A stretch of DNA of 64,000 nucleotides from Coriobacteriales bacterium (GTDB lineage Bacteria; Actinomycetota; Coriobacteriia; Coriobacteriales; UBA8131). The stretch lies in contig JAISEO010000060.1 in assembly GCA_031264075.1 (NCBI GenBank), positions 6,354-70,353 on the forward strand. Reading direction: 5' to 3'. Position numbers and translations under genes: made by a program. The notes beneath the pieces were generated by a model. That model made no database searches, was not told the origin of the DNA, and worked only from the letters and a program-made list of their open reading frames with translations. Below are positions 1-8,634 of the stretch, piece after piece (positions within the stretch are counted from its first letter, which is position 1; each line of letters opens with the position of its first letter).

Positions 1-90
1 TTGCCGCGTCGCTACGCTCCTCGCAATGACAAAGTAGGTGGCTTGAATACTTGGGTACCCAATGACAAAGTGGGCGGCTTGAACGTTTGA
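1..90 (+). CDS. 3' end of an unidentified CDS entering from upstream of the window; the C-terminus carries a tandem NDKVGGLN peptide repeat
   Basis: Frame 1 is open from nt 1 to TGA 88-90 (LPRRYAPRNDKVGGLNTWVPNDKVGGLNV*). The repeat at 24-47 and 60-83, plus the next base, differs only at three codon third positions (GTA/GTG, GGT/GGC, AAT/AAC). All three changes are synonymous. No family recognised. Confidence 0.35.
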   Translation: MPRRYAPRNDKVGGLNTWVPNDKVGGLNV

Positions 91-98
91 AAACGCAG

Positions 99-722
99 CT
101 ACTTCAACAGATACACATTGGGCCCGGTGCCCATTTCGGTCAAGAGTTGTGTGTAATCACGCGTAGCAATCTGCTTGGCTATGTCAGAGTCTGGATCATC
201 CAAGTCTCCAAAACAGCGGGCTTGGGTTGGACATATCTCGATGCAGGCAGGCATATCGCCTCTGTCCACACGGTGTACACAGAAGGTGCACTTGGTCACG
301 TAATTGATCTCGTGAGCAGGTGCCTCGTCATCTCCTACAGGAAAACCGATAAGCCACTCCGGGTCGGTATCGTAGAAGGTCCGTACCTGATAGGGGCACG
401 CTTCCACACAGAGCTTGCAGCCGATGCAGAGCTCGTTATCCTGTATCACCAGGCCGTCCTCTGTGCGCCGGTACGTAGCATCAACAGGACACACCGACAC
501 ACAGGCGGGATTGCTGCAATGCTGGCAGGCAAGCGTGTAATAGGTTATAGTCAAGCCGTCCGGATAGCTTCCTCCCGGGGTATAGCGAACCTCGCCGCCC
601 TCTGTTTTGCCCTCACTCCACCAGACGGTGTCCGGGAGATTGTTCTCTACCTTGCAGGTCATAGAGCAGGCATTGCAGGCCGAGCAGCGAGCAGTATCAA
701 CAGCCATTCCATAGCGAGTCAT
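99..722 (-). CDS. 4Fe-4S ferredoxin-type electron-transfer subunit (DmsB/NrfC-like) of a molybdopterin oxidoreductase
   Basis: Multiple Cys clusters (CSACNACSMTC, CQHCSNPACVSVC, CIGCKLCVEAC, CTFC...CIEIC). Start placed at MTRYGMAVD (ATG 722), which overlaps the TAA of the upstream catalytic subunit by 1 nt (TAATG). The ORF-track start at 758 would lie inside that gene. Confidence 0.85.
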   Translation of the reverse strand: MTRYGMAVDTARCSACNACSMTCKVENNLPDTVWWSEGKTEGGEVRYTPGGSYPDGLTITYYTLACQHCSNPACVSVCPVDATYRRTEDGLVIQDNELCIGCKLCVEACPYQVRTFYDTDPEWLIGFPVGDDEAPAHEINYVTKCTFCVHRVDRGDMPACIEICPTQARCFGDLDDPDSDIAKQIATRDYTQLLTEMGTGPNVYLLK

Positions 723-3247
723 TACTGAGCACCTCCTTCGTATTTCTCTACCTGACACAGCCAGTCGTTATGGCTGTCATTGTTGGTGATTCTGTCTTTA
801 GCATCAATAGCAGTGAGTGACTGCAGGTGTCCGTCTATAAGCTCTCCATCCTCATATCCGCGAGGAAGATTAATGGTGTCTTCACGGATGCCCTTTGTTG
901 TCACAGCGCGCAAGACGGCGTAGCCCCGATCGTTGAAAACCCTCACCGTGTCGCCCGTTACTATGCCGCGATCAGCGGCAGCGGTTTCGTGTATGAATAG
1001 GTAGGGGTCGCCTTCAAAGCCACGAATCTCATTGAGCCAAGGAACGTTGCTGTGCATGGACTGACCTGTGTAATTGTCGTGATAGGAAACACCGAAGAGG
1101 GGATACTTCTCGCGCAGGGGATTATCCGCATACGCCTCGAAGGCATGTTCATAAGAGGGCAGGCGATCCTGGATAGTGATTTCCTGATCAAAGTTTCCGT
1201 TAGGTGTCAGTTTTTCCAGATAGAACTGGGTACGGCCTGTTGCGTTGGTCTCTTTTGCGATCCTTTCCACTCTCTCAATCTCGTCCAAGTAGATAACACC
1301 CTGCTCATGAAAATCGTCATAACCAAGGCCAGCTGCGATATTATCCTCCGTATCGAGGAGCTCGCGTAAATAGCCTTCTGCATCTTTGTCGTACAGATCG
1401 TCATAACCCATTGCCTTGGCAAGTTCAACAAATATCTCAAAGTCAGGCTTGGCTTCGCCAAGAGGGTCGATGGCTTTCTGAATCATGAAATCTCTATATT
1501 CCTCTGATTCGAATGTCGTGGTTACCGGGAGGACGAGACTTGCCTGATTTGCCGAGTCAGTCATGAAGCAATCGGCTACAACTACAAAGTCAACCTTTTT
1601 CCATGCCTCTATCTGGGCCGTGTATCCAATACCATTAGCGATGGCGTTGCTGCCGGCAATCCAGAGCACTCGCAGTGTATAGTCTTCTCCGGCGAATTTG
1701 CCCGACTCGACAATCTCGGGTACCTGAGTCAGGGAAGCCATCTTGTTCAGTTTTGCGCCCTCGACAGTCAAGGCTGCTTCTTTGTTCACCGTGGGTGCTT
1801 TGAATATCGGCGTGGCCCCACTGGTCATGCTGTAGTTTGTTCCTGGCTTACAGGCATTGCCGGTGAGAGCTACCAAAAGAGCCAGGGCATAATACATGCG
1901 CCATGAATTCTGATAGTGCTGCATACCGCAGATAAGGTGGGTAAATACCGGGCCTTCGTTTGCATAGGTATTGGCAAGACCCTCAATGATCTCTGTGGAA
2001 AGTCCACATTCGTTAGCTGCAAACTCAGTCGTATAAGGGGCTATCGTCTCTTTTACAAGCTCGTAAATCGGTCTCACGTTCACGCCATTTGCATCGAAGC
2101 TGCCCGTAACAGCAGGGTCTTTGACTTCAAAGGATGAACCAAAGGCTTCATTTGCGCTGTCATACACGACCTCAGTATCAACCTCAGTCTTCTCTCCAGT
2201 TGTAGCATCGGTCTTCTCGTAAAGATCCAAACCCAGATCGGAAAGCCTCAAATAGCTACCATCTTCTTTAATGAGCAGAGGTGCAATTGACTTATTGCGG
2301 AGATAGTCATAGTCAATCAGGTCGTTTGCAATGATGTAATTGCACAGAGCCAACATCAAAGCGCCATCGGTAGCGGGGCGCACGGGAATCCACTGATCGG
2401 AGTGGGCTGCAGAACTGGAATACCGTGGATCGATAGTAATAACCTTTACGCCCTTAGCTCTTGCAGTTAAGATATTCGCCTGTGCACATCTCATAGCGTC
2501 GGCCGGGTTAGAACCCCAGTTAATGATGGTCTTTGCATTGATGGCATCTTCCGTGGAGTTGCTCGGTGCAGCGAGTTGCACTAATTGCATGTACATTATG
2601 CCTATGTCTGCTGTGGCGTTAAACAGAGTCACGCCTGTTTTCTGATAGAAGCGTTCAGGCCCTATGCCGCAACGGGTTCTTGCCTCAGGAAAGTTCGTGA
2701 AACCGGTGTACGGACCGTTCAAAACACCGCTGAGTCCTCCGTAGCTACTCATGAACCCAACAGACTCGGGGCCGTATTCGTCAAAGGCGGCTTGCATTTT
2801 CTCTGCAATCATTGCGAGAGCCTCATCCCAGGAAATGCGCTCCCAATTGTCGCTGCCGCGTTCCCCTGTCTGTAACATAGGATAGAGCAGGCGATGAGCT
2901 CCATAGATACGCTGTGGATTGGCAGCACCCTTAACACAACCTGGCTGAATACTCGCATCGTTTGTTGGTAAGGGGTGTTGCCTGGTGCTCACCACCTTAC
3001 CCTCGCGCACCTTCGTCTCAAGGCAGCATCTGCTCTCGCCACCACAGTTACCTCGACACCAGTTGGCAAAGGTCTGCTCTCCTTCGATGGGCGGCGGGGT
3101 GTCACCTCCCGTGTCGATCGTTGAGCAGCCTATGCTGCCTGCCACCGCGGCTGTTCCCGCAACCGCAGCGGTGGTCTTGAGGAATGTGCGTCGGGTGAGT
3201 CCCTTCTTTGTTACCGGAGCCTTCTCTTTAACCAGAGCTTTTGTCAT
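722..3247 (-). CDS. Molybdopterin (bis-MGD) oxidoreductase catalytic subunit, DMSO-reductase family, Tat signal
   Basis: Start moved to MTKALVKEK (ATG 3247), with AGGAGGA (complement of 3251-3257) just upstream. Twin-arginine motif LTRRTFLK is followed by a hydrophobic stretch ending SIGC. N-terminal Cys cluster CRGNCGGESRCC. About 840 aa and translationally coupled to a DmsB-like gene. Confidence 0.88.
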   Translation of the reverse strand: MTKALVKEKAPVTKKGLTRRTFLKTTAAVAGTAAVAGSIGCSTIDTGGDTPPPIEGEQTFANWCRGNCGGESRCCLETKVREGKVVSTRQHPLPTNDASIQPGCVKGAANPQRIYGAHRLLYPMLQTGERGSDNWERISWDEALAMIAEKMQAAFDEYGPESVGFMSSYGGLSGVLNGPYTGFTNFPEARTRCGIGPERFYQKTGVTLFNATADIGIMYMQLVQLAAPSNSTEDAINAKTIINWGSNPADAMRCAQANILTARAKGVKVITIDPRYSSSAAHSDQWIPVRPATDGALMLALCNYIIANDLIDYDYLRNKSIAPLLIKEDGSYLRLSDLGLDLYEKTDATTGEKTEVDTEVVYDSANEAFGSSFEVKDPAVTGSFDANGVNVRPIYELVKETIAPYTTEFAANECGLSTEIIEGLANTYANEGPVFTHLICGMQHYQNSWRMYYALALLVALTGNACKPGTNYSMTSGATPIFKAPTVNKEAALTVEGAKLNKMASLTQVPEIVESGKFAGEDYTLRVLWIAGSNAIANGIGYTAQIEAWKKVDFVVVADCFMTDSANQASLVLPVTTTFESEEYRDFMIQKAIDPLGEAKPDFEIFVELAKAMGYDDLYDKDAEGYLRELLDTEDNIAAGLGYDDFHEQGVIYLDEIERVERIAKETNATGRTQFYLEKLTPNGNFDQEITIQDRLPSYEHAFEAYADNPLREKYPLFGVSYHDNYTGQSMHSNVPWLNEIRGFEGDPYLFIHETAAADRGIVTGDTVRVFNDRGYAVLRAVTTKGIREDTINLPRGYEDGELIDGHLQSLTAIDAKDRITNNDSHNDWLCQVEKYEGGAQ

Positions 3248-3322
3248 AGTTCCTCCTAACACTAGTGACCTATACGGCGACAATGCTGCTCCCATCTTCC
3301 TTCAAACGGGGGTCTTCTCTCG

Positions 3323-3364
3323 ATTGTCTGAGTGATATATTGTCATAGTGATATAGGATTGTCA
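3323..3364. promoter_or_regulatory. Tandem direct repeats ATTGTC-N3-GTGATATA (2.3 copies, 16-nt period) in the divergent region between the Mo-enzyme operon and the brnT-like gene
   Basis: attgtctgagtgatata (3323-3339), attgtcatagtgatata (3339-3355) and attgtc (3358-3363). On the minus strand the last copy reads TTGACA, a possible -35 for the Mo-enzyme operon. Confidence 0.4.
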
Positions 3365-3479
3365 AGAGGGAAACGTGAGATTTTTGGAGAAGTGTGAGAA
3401 AAAAGTGACAGTATGGTGGACAAATGTTGTTGTTGCCGTATTATGTTTAGGTACTATCTTTTAATAACACCGAAAGAGG

Positions 3480-3764
3480 ATGCTCGTGAATAAGATCTTT
3501 GTTGCCAAGAGAGTCACCTTGCGTCATCCCGACATCTCCGAGGAGGATGCGGCAAAGGCGTGGGCGAATTGCATAAAATCCCGGCCGAGAATCGGCAAGA
3601 ATCCAGACGAGTATCTGGCCATAGGAATGGACGGGGAAGGCAGACTTATAGAGCTTGTTGTCATTAGAGATGCAGAAGGTGATTGGCTGATTTATCACGC
3701 GATGACGCCGCCGACAGAAAACGCCAGGAGAGAGCTTCAGATGAAACAGAGGAAGTCATTATGA
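3480..3764 (+). CDS. BrnT-like (DUF497-type) toxin of a type II TA pair
   Basis: 94 aa. The C-terminal pattern EYLAIGMDGEGRLIELVVIRDAEGDWLIYHAMTPPTENARREL resembles the BrnT beta-core plus basic tail. The stop overlaps the downstream RHH gene (ATGA at 3761-3764), in toxin-first order as in brnTA. The start could be GTG 3486, which has better SD spacing. Confidence 0.45.
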   Translation: MLVNKIFVAKRVTLRHPDISEEDAAKAWANCIKSRPRIGKNPDEYLAIGMDGEGRLIELVVIRDAEGDWLIYHAMTPPTENARRELQMKQRKSL

Positions 3765-4036
3765 ACAAGAAGGAATTGCACACAAAGTTCGGCGTAACCG
3801 ACGAACAGCTCGATGCATGGGCCGCAGAATATGAAAACGAATCCTGGGATGGGTTGAGCTTCGGAACAATCATTCAGGGCAGGCCGAGGATCTATAACGA
3901 AGAACTGAAAACCATTACGGTTAAAGTACCGGTTTCGCGCATTGCGGCCATACAACATGCGGCCAGTAAGAACGGAATGTCACGCTCTGAGTTTGTGCGC
4001 CAGGCAATCGACAATGAGCTTATGGCCGCGAGTTGA
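3761..4036 (+). CDS. Ribbon-helix-helix antitoxin (BrnA/CopG-like)
   Basis: Start at MNKKELH (ATG 3761) overlaps the upstream stop. C-terminal RHH signature: ITVKVPVSRIAAIQHAASKNGMSRSEFVRQAIDNEL. Confidence 0.6.
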   Translation: MNKKELHTKFGVTDEQLDAWAAEYENESWDGLSFGTIIQGRPRIYNEELKTITVKVPVSRIAAIQHAASKNGMSRSEFVRQAIDNELMAAS

Positions 4037-4217
4037 TGTATTGAAAGCAGTGAGAAAAAGAGGTCGGCATCTGTAAAGTTCAACCCCCGCCACAGGACGG
4101 GGGGACAGCTCCGACAAGTCGGAACAAGAATAGGAATAGTCTAGCACATTGTGCGGCTTGAGTGGGCAACACTCTCGTGGCAAGACGTTAGGTGGTGTGG
4201 ACTCAAAGAAAGCCCAC

Positions 4218-4547
4218 TTACTGTACTATGAGTTTTGAGTTGATAAGACGACTGACCGAAATACCCTCTTCTTTTGCCTCTCGGCTGAGCTTACGGTGGA
4301 CTGATGGGGGCATACGCAGGCTTATCGTGCCGGAATACACCTTGCGAGAAAACGGTTCGGGAGCTTCTTCTCCGCTCTTCTCCATATCCTCTACTAGGTA
4401 GGCTACGGCCTTTACAATGCCATCAAACGCTGCCTTTTGATCTTCCTCAAGTACCGCCAGAGAGGGAAACTCAGAAACAGTCGCCACGAATTCTTCGTCT
4501 TCAGGGGAGTAAAATACCTTGTAGGTATAATCTTCTGCTCTATACAT
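4218..4547 (-). CDS. hicB: HicB family antitoxin with C-terminal RHH
   Basis: Start at MYRAEDYTYKVFYSPEDEEFVATVSEFPS (ATG 4547), a typical HicB N-terminal fold motif. The C-terminus ISLRMPPSVHRKLSREAKEEGISVSRLINSKL is RHH-like. 8-nt overlap with hicA. Confidence 0.8.
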   Translation of the reverse strand: MYRAEDYTYKVFYSPEDEEFVATVSEFPSLAVLEEDQKAAFDGIVKAVAYLVEDMEKSGEEAPEPFSRKVYSGTISLRMPPSVHRKLSREAKEEGISVSRLINSKLIVQ

Positions 4548-4797
4548 CCCGTTCACCTTCTCTATCAATTCTGTCGATAGCTTCGAGTACCTGTTTGACC
4601 TGATATGCCTTACCTTTGCCATTCTTTTCCTGGATGCAAACTCTTGGGTCGCCCTTCCAGGGCATCTTGTAGTAGTGGTGGGATCCGTTTATTCTCGGTT
4701 GTCCAAAATATCTTTCGCAAACCAGCTTTACATCGTCAAAGCGTACACCGCCTGCGTTGTTCTGCATATGCGCGATTATCTTCTCTACTTTATCCAC
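4540..4797 (-). CDS. hicA: HicA (YcfA-like) mRNA interferase toxin
   Basis: 85 aa. Motifs RFDDVKLVCERYFG...GSHHYYKMPW...IQEKNGKGKAYQVKQV match the HicA pattern. Located immediately upstream of hicB. Confidence 0.8.
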   Translation of the reverse strand: MDKVEKIIAHMQNNAGGVRFDDVKLVCERYFGQPRINGSHHYYKMPWKGDPRVCIQEKNGKGKAYQVKQVLEAIDRIDREGERDV

Positions 4798-4940
4798 AGA
4801 GCTATGGTATCACTATTGGTAGCGTTTGGCAAACCTAATCGGTTCTGCACTGTGCGATGTCTGGTTTCCCTCGAAACGGAACGTTGCTCTCTTTGCGAAC
4901 TGTCAAGTAATCCTTGATAGTTGAATCGGGCTACTGCACT

Positions 4941-5834
4941 CTATAACACCACCTGTATCGGCAGATGCAACCCCCCGGTAATCAGGCAGTAGCGGAGCGC
5001 AAACGCGCCGATGAGCAGGGCCGTGGCGCTCACTGCCCAGGTTACGGCGGACTGCGGTTGTGGGGTTCTTTGGGAGATGGCCCCCAGCGCCACCGGCAGC
5101 AGTATGCCCAACACGACCACCCCTATCCAAAAGGCGAGTAGATCCTCCCCAAAAAGCACGTTGAGCACGGTCTCGCGGGCTACTCCCGCCTCCAGGTACT
5201 TCTGCGCCAGCAGCGCGGCAAGCACGACAAGCTCCAGCGCAATGAGGATAAGATCGATACGCGAGATGATACGCAGGCCGTAGCGCATCGATTTTCTCTG
5301 CTGGTTGAAGAAGCCGTAGAGTGTTATCAACGCGGCCCCTCCAGAAAGCGACGAGACAGCAAAGAGCAGCACAACCAAGGGCGTATGAAGGAAGGGAACC
5401 GCAGGTATGCTGGACACCAGAACACCCGTGTAGATCATGACAGCGAGCGCCGCAAGCAGGGTGAGGACCTCTACAACCCTGAGCAGGAGCGTTGACACGT
5501 CCACGCGTTCCACGGTGTGAAGGAAGAGCGAGAGGCCGGCCAGAAGGCAGAACAGCAGGAGCGACCAGGCGCCAAAACCGAGTATCGTGAGCTTGGGGGT
5601 AAGAAAGATGGTGAAGGCCCGCTCGGGCACGGCGAGGTCAAAGACGAGGAACACCGTTCCAAAGGCCACTAACAGGGGGCCCAACCAAAAGGCGCCTCGG
5701 GTGATGATGCGGTACTCCCGCAGACTATCGCGCGTGCTGCGTCGTCCGATGACCGAGAATACCGCCGCGATGACATAGGCGCCGCTGCCAATTCCGGCGA
5801 GGAACACATAACACACGATGGTCAGGTTGAACAT
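4941..5834 (-). CDS. NrfD/DmsC-type polytopic membrane anchor subunit
   Basis: 297 aa with about 8 hydrophobic segments. The N-terminus FLAGIGSGAYVIAAV is typical of NrfD/PsrC/DmsC anchors. The nearest Mo-enzyme genes lie 1.7 kb downstream. Confidence 0.7.
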   Translation of the reverse strand: MFNLTIVCYVFLAGIGSGAYVIAAVFSVIGRRSTRDSLREYRIITRGAFWLGPLLVAFGTVFLVFDLAVPERAFTIFLTPKLTILGFGAWSLLLFCLLAGLSLFLHTVERVDVSTLLLRVVEVLTLLAALAVMIYTGVLVSSIPAVPFLHTPLVVLLFAVSSLSGGAALITLYGFFNQQRKSMRYGLRIISRIDLILIALELVVLAALLAQKYLEAGVARETVLNVLFGEDLLAFWIGVVVLGILLPVALGAISQRTPQPQSAVTWAVSATALLIGAFALRYCLITGGLHLPIQVVL

Positions 5835-5861
5835 GCGGCCTCGGTTCTACCACGACACTGC

Positions 5862-6824
5862 TTACTTCAGCTTCTTCGTGAGGTCGGCCACGCTGTCGAT
5901 ATTGTTGAAGCCCTCGGCAAAGGCACTGGGGGCAACCACCAATCCGCCATTCTCACGCACGCTCTCATAGATCAGGTTCATGGTGCGCAGCTGCATGGCC
6001 TTGTCGTTCTTGTCGTAGATCTCCGCCGCCTCAACAAACATCTCGCTGATATCCTTCTCCACCTCGGCCAACAGGATGCGCGCGTTGCGTTCGCGTTCTG
6101 CCTGCGCCTCCTTGGACATGGCGTTGACCAGCTCATTGGGGATGATGATGTCGCGGATCTCCACGCTCGTGATGGTAATACCCCAAGCACTCGTCTTGGC
6201 ATCGAGTATCTCCTGGAGTTGCACGTCGATATGCTTGCGTTGGGTGGCAAGCTCCGCCAGATTGACCCGGCCGATGGCATCGCGGAGTGCCGTCTGCGCA
6301 CTCCAGGCCACAGCCTTGGGATAGTTCTCCACCTCGACGCAGGCCTTCTTGGCATCCCAGACCATCCAGAACAGCACGGCATCCACATCAACGGACACGA
6401 GGTCGCAGGTCAGGGTTTCCTCGGCAACAAAGGGCGTGGCTATGACGCGCTGGTCTATGCAGATGGTCACGTGCTCAAAGAAGGGGATCACCAGGAAGAG
6501 CCCCGGGCCCGCCGTGCGGGCGTACTTGCCCAGGCGCAGCACCACGGCCTTCTCCCACTGCTGCACGATGCGGATGGCCGAGGCCGCAAGCACGCCTGCG
6601 ACCGTCGCAATGACAAGAGACCAGAGCGTGAGGGCGCCGGCCAGAAGAGACACCCCGATGATGACACAGAAAAAGGCCAGAAAGACCATGACGGTGAAGA
6701 AATAGATCCCGTTGCGCGAACTGCGGTTGCCCCTGACTCCCGAGAGGCTGGCCTTGGGCGCATCGTTGCTCCTCTTGGAGCGGGCTGTGACTGCATCAGG
6801 GTCGGTCTTGGGCATCTTGGGCAT
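5862..6824 (-). CDS. SPFH/band-7 (stomatin-like) membrane protein
   Basis: Start at MPKMPKTDP (ATG 6824; AGGAGG is the complement of 6829-6834). TM segment followed by an SPFH core: VQQWEKAVVLRLGKY...GPGLFLVIPFFE...ITSVEIRDIIIP...AQAERERNARILLAE. Confidence 0.85.
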   Translation of the reverse strand: MPKMPKTDPDAVTARSKRSNDAPKASLSGVRGNRSSRNGIYFFTVMVFLAFFCVIIGVSLLAGALTLWSLVIATVAGVLAASAIRIVQQWEKAVVLRLGKYARTAGPGLFLVIPFFEHVTICIDQRVIATPFVAEETLTCDLVSVDVDAVLFWMVWDAKKACVEVENYPKAVAWSAQTALRDAIGRVNLAELATQRKHIDVQLQEILDAKTSAWGITITSVEIRDIIIPNELVNAMSKEAQAERERNARILLAEVEKDISEMFVEAAEIYDKNDKAMQLRTMNLIYESVRENGGLVVAPSAFAEGFNNIDSVADLTKKLK

Positions 6825-6932
6825 CTTTCCTCCTAGAAGTGCCGTATGGGAAGCTATTGGTGCGAGAAAGCGCATATCGTCGTGGAGACACTGGCCACAC
6901 GCAGTCGCTCAGTTCGCTACTCGCTGTACTGC

Positions 6933-7385
6933 TCAGGCAATCCTGGTTTCTCTGTGCTCGGGAGCAGCCACGGAGACAGCCGCGGTGCTCCTTTTGGAGA
7001 GAAACAGCTCCTCATACTGGCGGATACAGGCGTTGACGGTCTTGCTGATCTCCTCACCATTCATACCAAAATCAAAGCCCTCGCGCACCAACTCATCCGC
7101 CAGAAGCTCTATTTTGTTGTCGAGCATCAGCAGGCTCTTCGAATCCAGATCGTTGACGAAGGTGCCGCGGCCACGACGGGTGAGGATGAAGCCATCCCGC
7201 TCCAGGTCCTGATAGACCTTGTTGACCGTATTGTAGTTGATGTCCAACTGCACGGCCAACTCTCTCACGGTGGGAAGCTGATCGCCGGGTTTGTACCTGC
7301 CGGACACGATGCAGTACACCAGACGCCTGCGAACCTGAATCCACACCGGAGTGCCACTGCTCTCATCGATCTTGAATCCTTGCAT
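6933..7385 (-). CDS. GntR-family (YtrA-like short) transcriptional regulator
   Basis: N-terminal wHTH signature: PVWIQVRRRLVYCIVSGRYKPGDQLPTVRELAVQLDINYNTVNKVYQDLERDGFILTRRGRGTFV. Confidence 0.85.
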   Translation of the reverse strand: MQGFKIDESSGTPVWIQVRRRLVYCIVSGRYKPGDQLPTVRELAVQLDINYNTVNKVYQDLERDGFILTRRGRGTFVNDLDSKSLLMLDNKIELLADELVREGFDFGMNGEEISKTVNACIRQYEELFLSKRSTAAVSVAAPEHRETRIA

Positions 7386-7894
7386 GATGCCACAGTCCTT
7401 TCGTGTAATGACGATGGGAAACGAAGGTTGGAGACGATGGTGGGAACGATGATTATCATGCTACCATATGACAATTAGACAAGCAAGGGGAGGAGGGGGT
7501 GAAGAGGATTCACGCCATCGGCTGTTCTCCCGGCTGTTCAGCCCATAGGCAACTGCCAAAAGTAGCCGAGCGTAGCCAATCATAGTACAATGAGCTTTCC
7601 ATGAAACAGAACTGCTGTAAAAATAGACGTGTTCTGCACCGGTATCAACTCGCCGCAGTGCCTGTTGAGCGCTACGGCTCCCGTGCTGGCGGGCGCGTGG
7701 ATGGGCAGGCATCGGGCGAAGGGATTGCTGCACTGGGCACGATAGTTCGAGCTCGCGTTTCTCCGGGTAACAGAGCAGTCCCGCGCGCGGGAGGGTCTCC
7801 CGGCAGGCGCACAGCCAGCACTGTGGGCAGGCAAGCCACCTCGCGTATGTACAACTCGGCTGGCAGCCGCGCCCGTTTTCGTGGGAGGATAGCG

Positions 7895-8617
7895 ATGAGC
7901 AGGCGCGCCGCTGTTGCGAAGAGCCTGAACTTCTTCTCCAAGGAAGCCCGGGACTGCTCACCCCTCAACTACTATCACCTTTTCTGGATCTTCATCATCG
8001 CCTCATTTGTTGGGCTCGTGCTCGAGACCGTGTATCACTTCGTGGTATTTGGCGGCTACGAGAGCCGCGTGGGCCTGGTGTGGGGGCCCTTCAGTCCTAT
8101 CTACGGCTGCGGGGCCGTGCTCTTCACCCTCCTCAGCAAAGGCAAACTGGTGGAACGCAAGAGCAGGTTCATCATCACCGTATTTCTCTCCTGCGCCTTT
8201 GCCGGTACCATCCTGGAGTTCATGACAAGTTGGCTCATGCAGAACTTCTTTGGCGTTGTCGCCTGGGATTATTCTGACCACTTCCTGAATATCGACGGCC
8301 GCACGAGTCTGTTCTTCAGCGTTATCTGGGGTGTGCTCGGAACCATCTGGATCTGCTGGTTCCTGCCCGGCATCATCCGCCTCATCGACCGCATACCCGA
8401 ACGTCGGCACGCCCTCGTCACCGCGCTCGTGAGCCTCTTCATGCTCCTCAATATCCTCACCACCTTCATGGCTGTGGGGCGGGCCTATGTGCGGAGCCAG
8501 GGCATTGTCGAGCAGAGCCAGCTCGACGCGGTCATAGACCGCCTGTACGACGATGAATTCATCGAGAATACTTTTGAGAATGCCACCATCGACCCCAGTC
8601 TTAACGCAGCCGAGTAA
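7895..8617 (+). CDS. Polytopic membrane protein, putative ABC-transporter type IV (CmpB/DUF1113-like)
   Basis: Start at MSRRAAV (ATG 7895; GGGAGGA at 7882-7888). The motif FVGLVLETVYHFVVFGGYESRVGLVWGPFSPIYGCGAV resembles that family's signature. The upstream part of the 338-aa ORF is Arg/Gly-rich and likely non-coding. Confidence 0.6.
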   Translation: MSRRAAVAKSLNFFSKEARDCSPLNYYHLFWIFIIASFVGLVLETVYHFVVFGGYESRVGLVWGPFSPIYGCGAVLFTLLSKGKLVERKSRFIITVFLSCAFAGTILEFMTSWLMQNFFGVVAWDYSDHFLNIDGRTSLFFSVIWGVLGTIWICWFLPGIIRLIDRIPERRHALVTALVSLFMLLNILTTFMAVGRAYVRSQGIVEQSQLDAVIDRLYDDEFIENTFENATIDPSLNAAE

Positions 8618-8634
8618 CGCGAAAGCAGAGGAAG

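Noticed and set aside
8-23. A shared 14-16-mer, gtcgctWcgctcct, with 26805-26821, suggesting a dispersed repeat
   Set aside because: There are only two copies, with one mismatch and one indel, in different reading contexts. One lies inside a probable CDS. This is compatible with chance after a post-hoc search.
87-728. 213-aa plus-strand ORF overlapping the DmsB-like gene
   Set aside because: It is the antisense shadow of a gene with four clear Cys clusters, and no motif is recognisable.
7600-7894. Possible cobalamin riboswitch (gggtctcccggcagg / agccagcactgtggg looked B12-box-like)
   Set aside because: Neither strand reproduces the B12-box core or the upstream GGUG..CC..GCCACUG elements in the proper order. 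Only the generic observation of a long structured region was kept.
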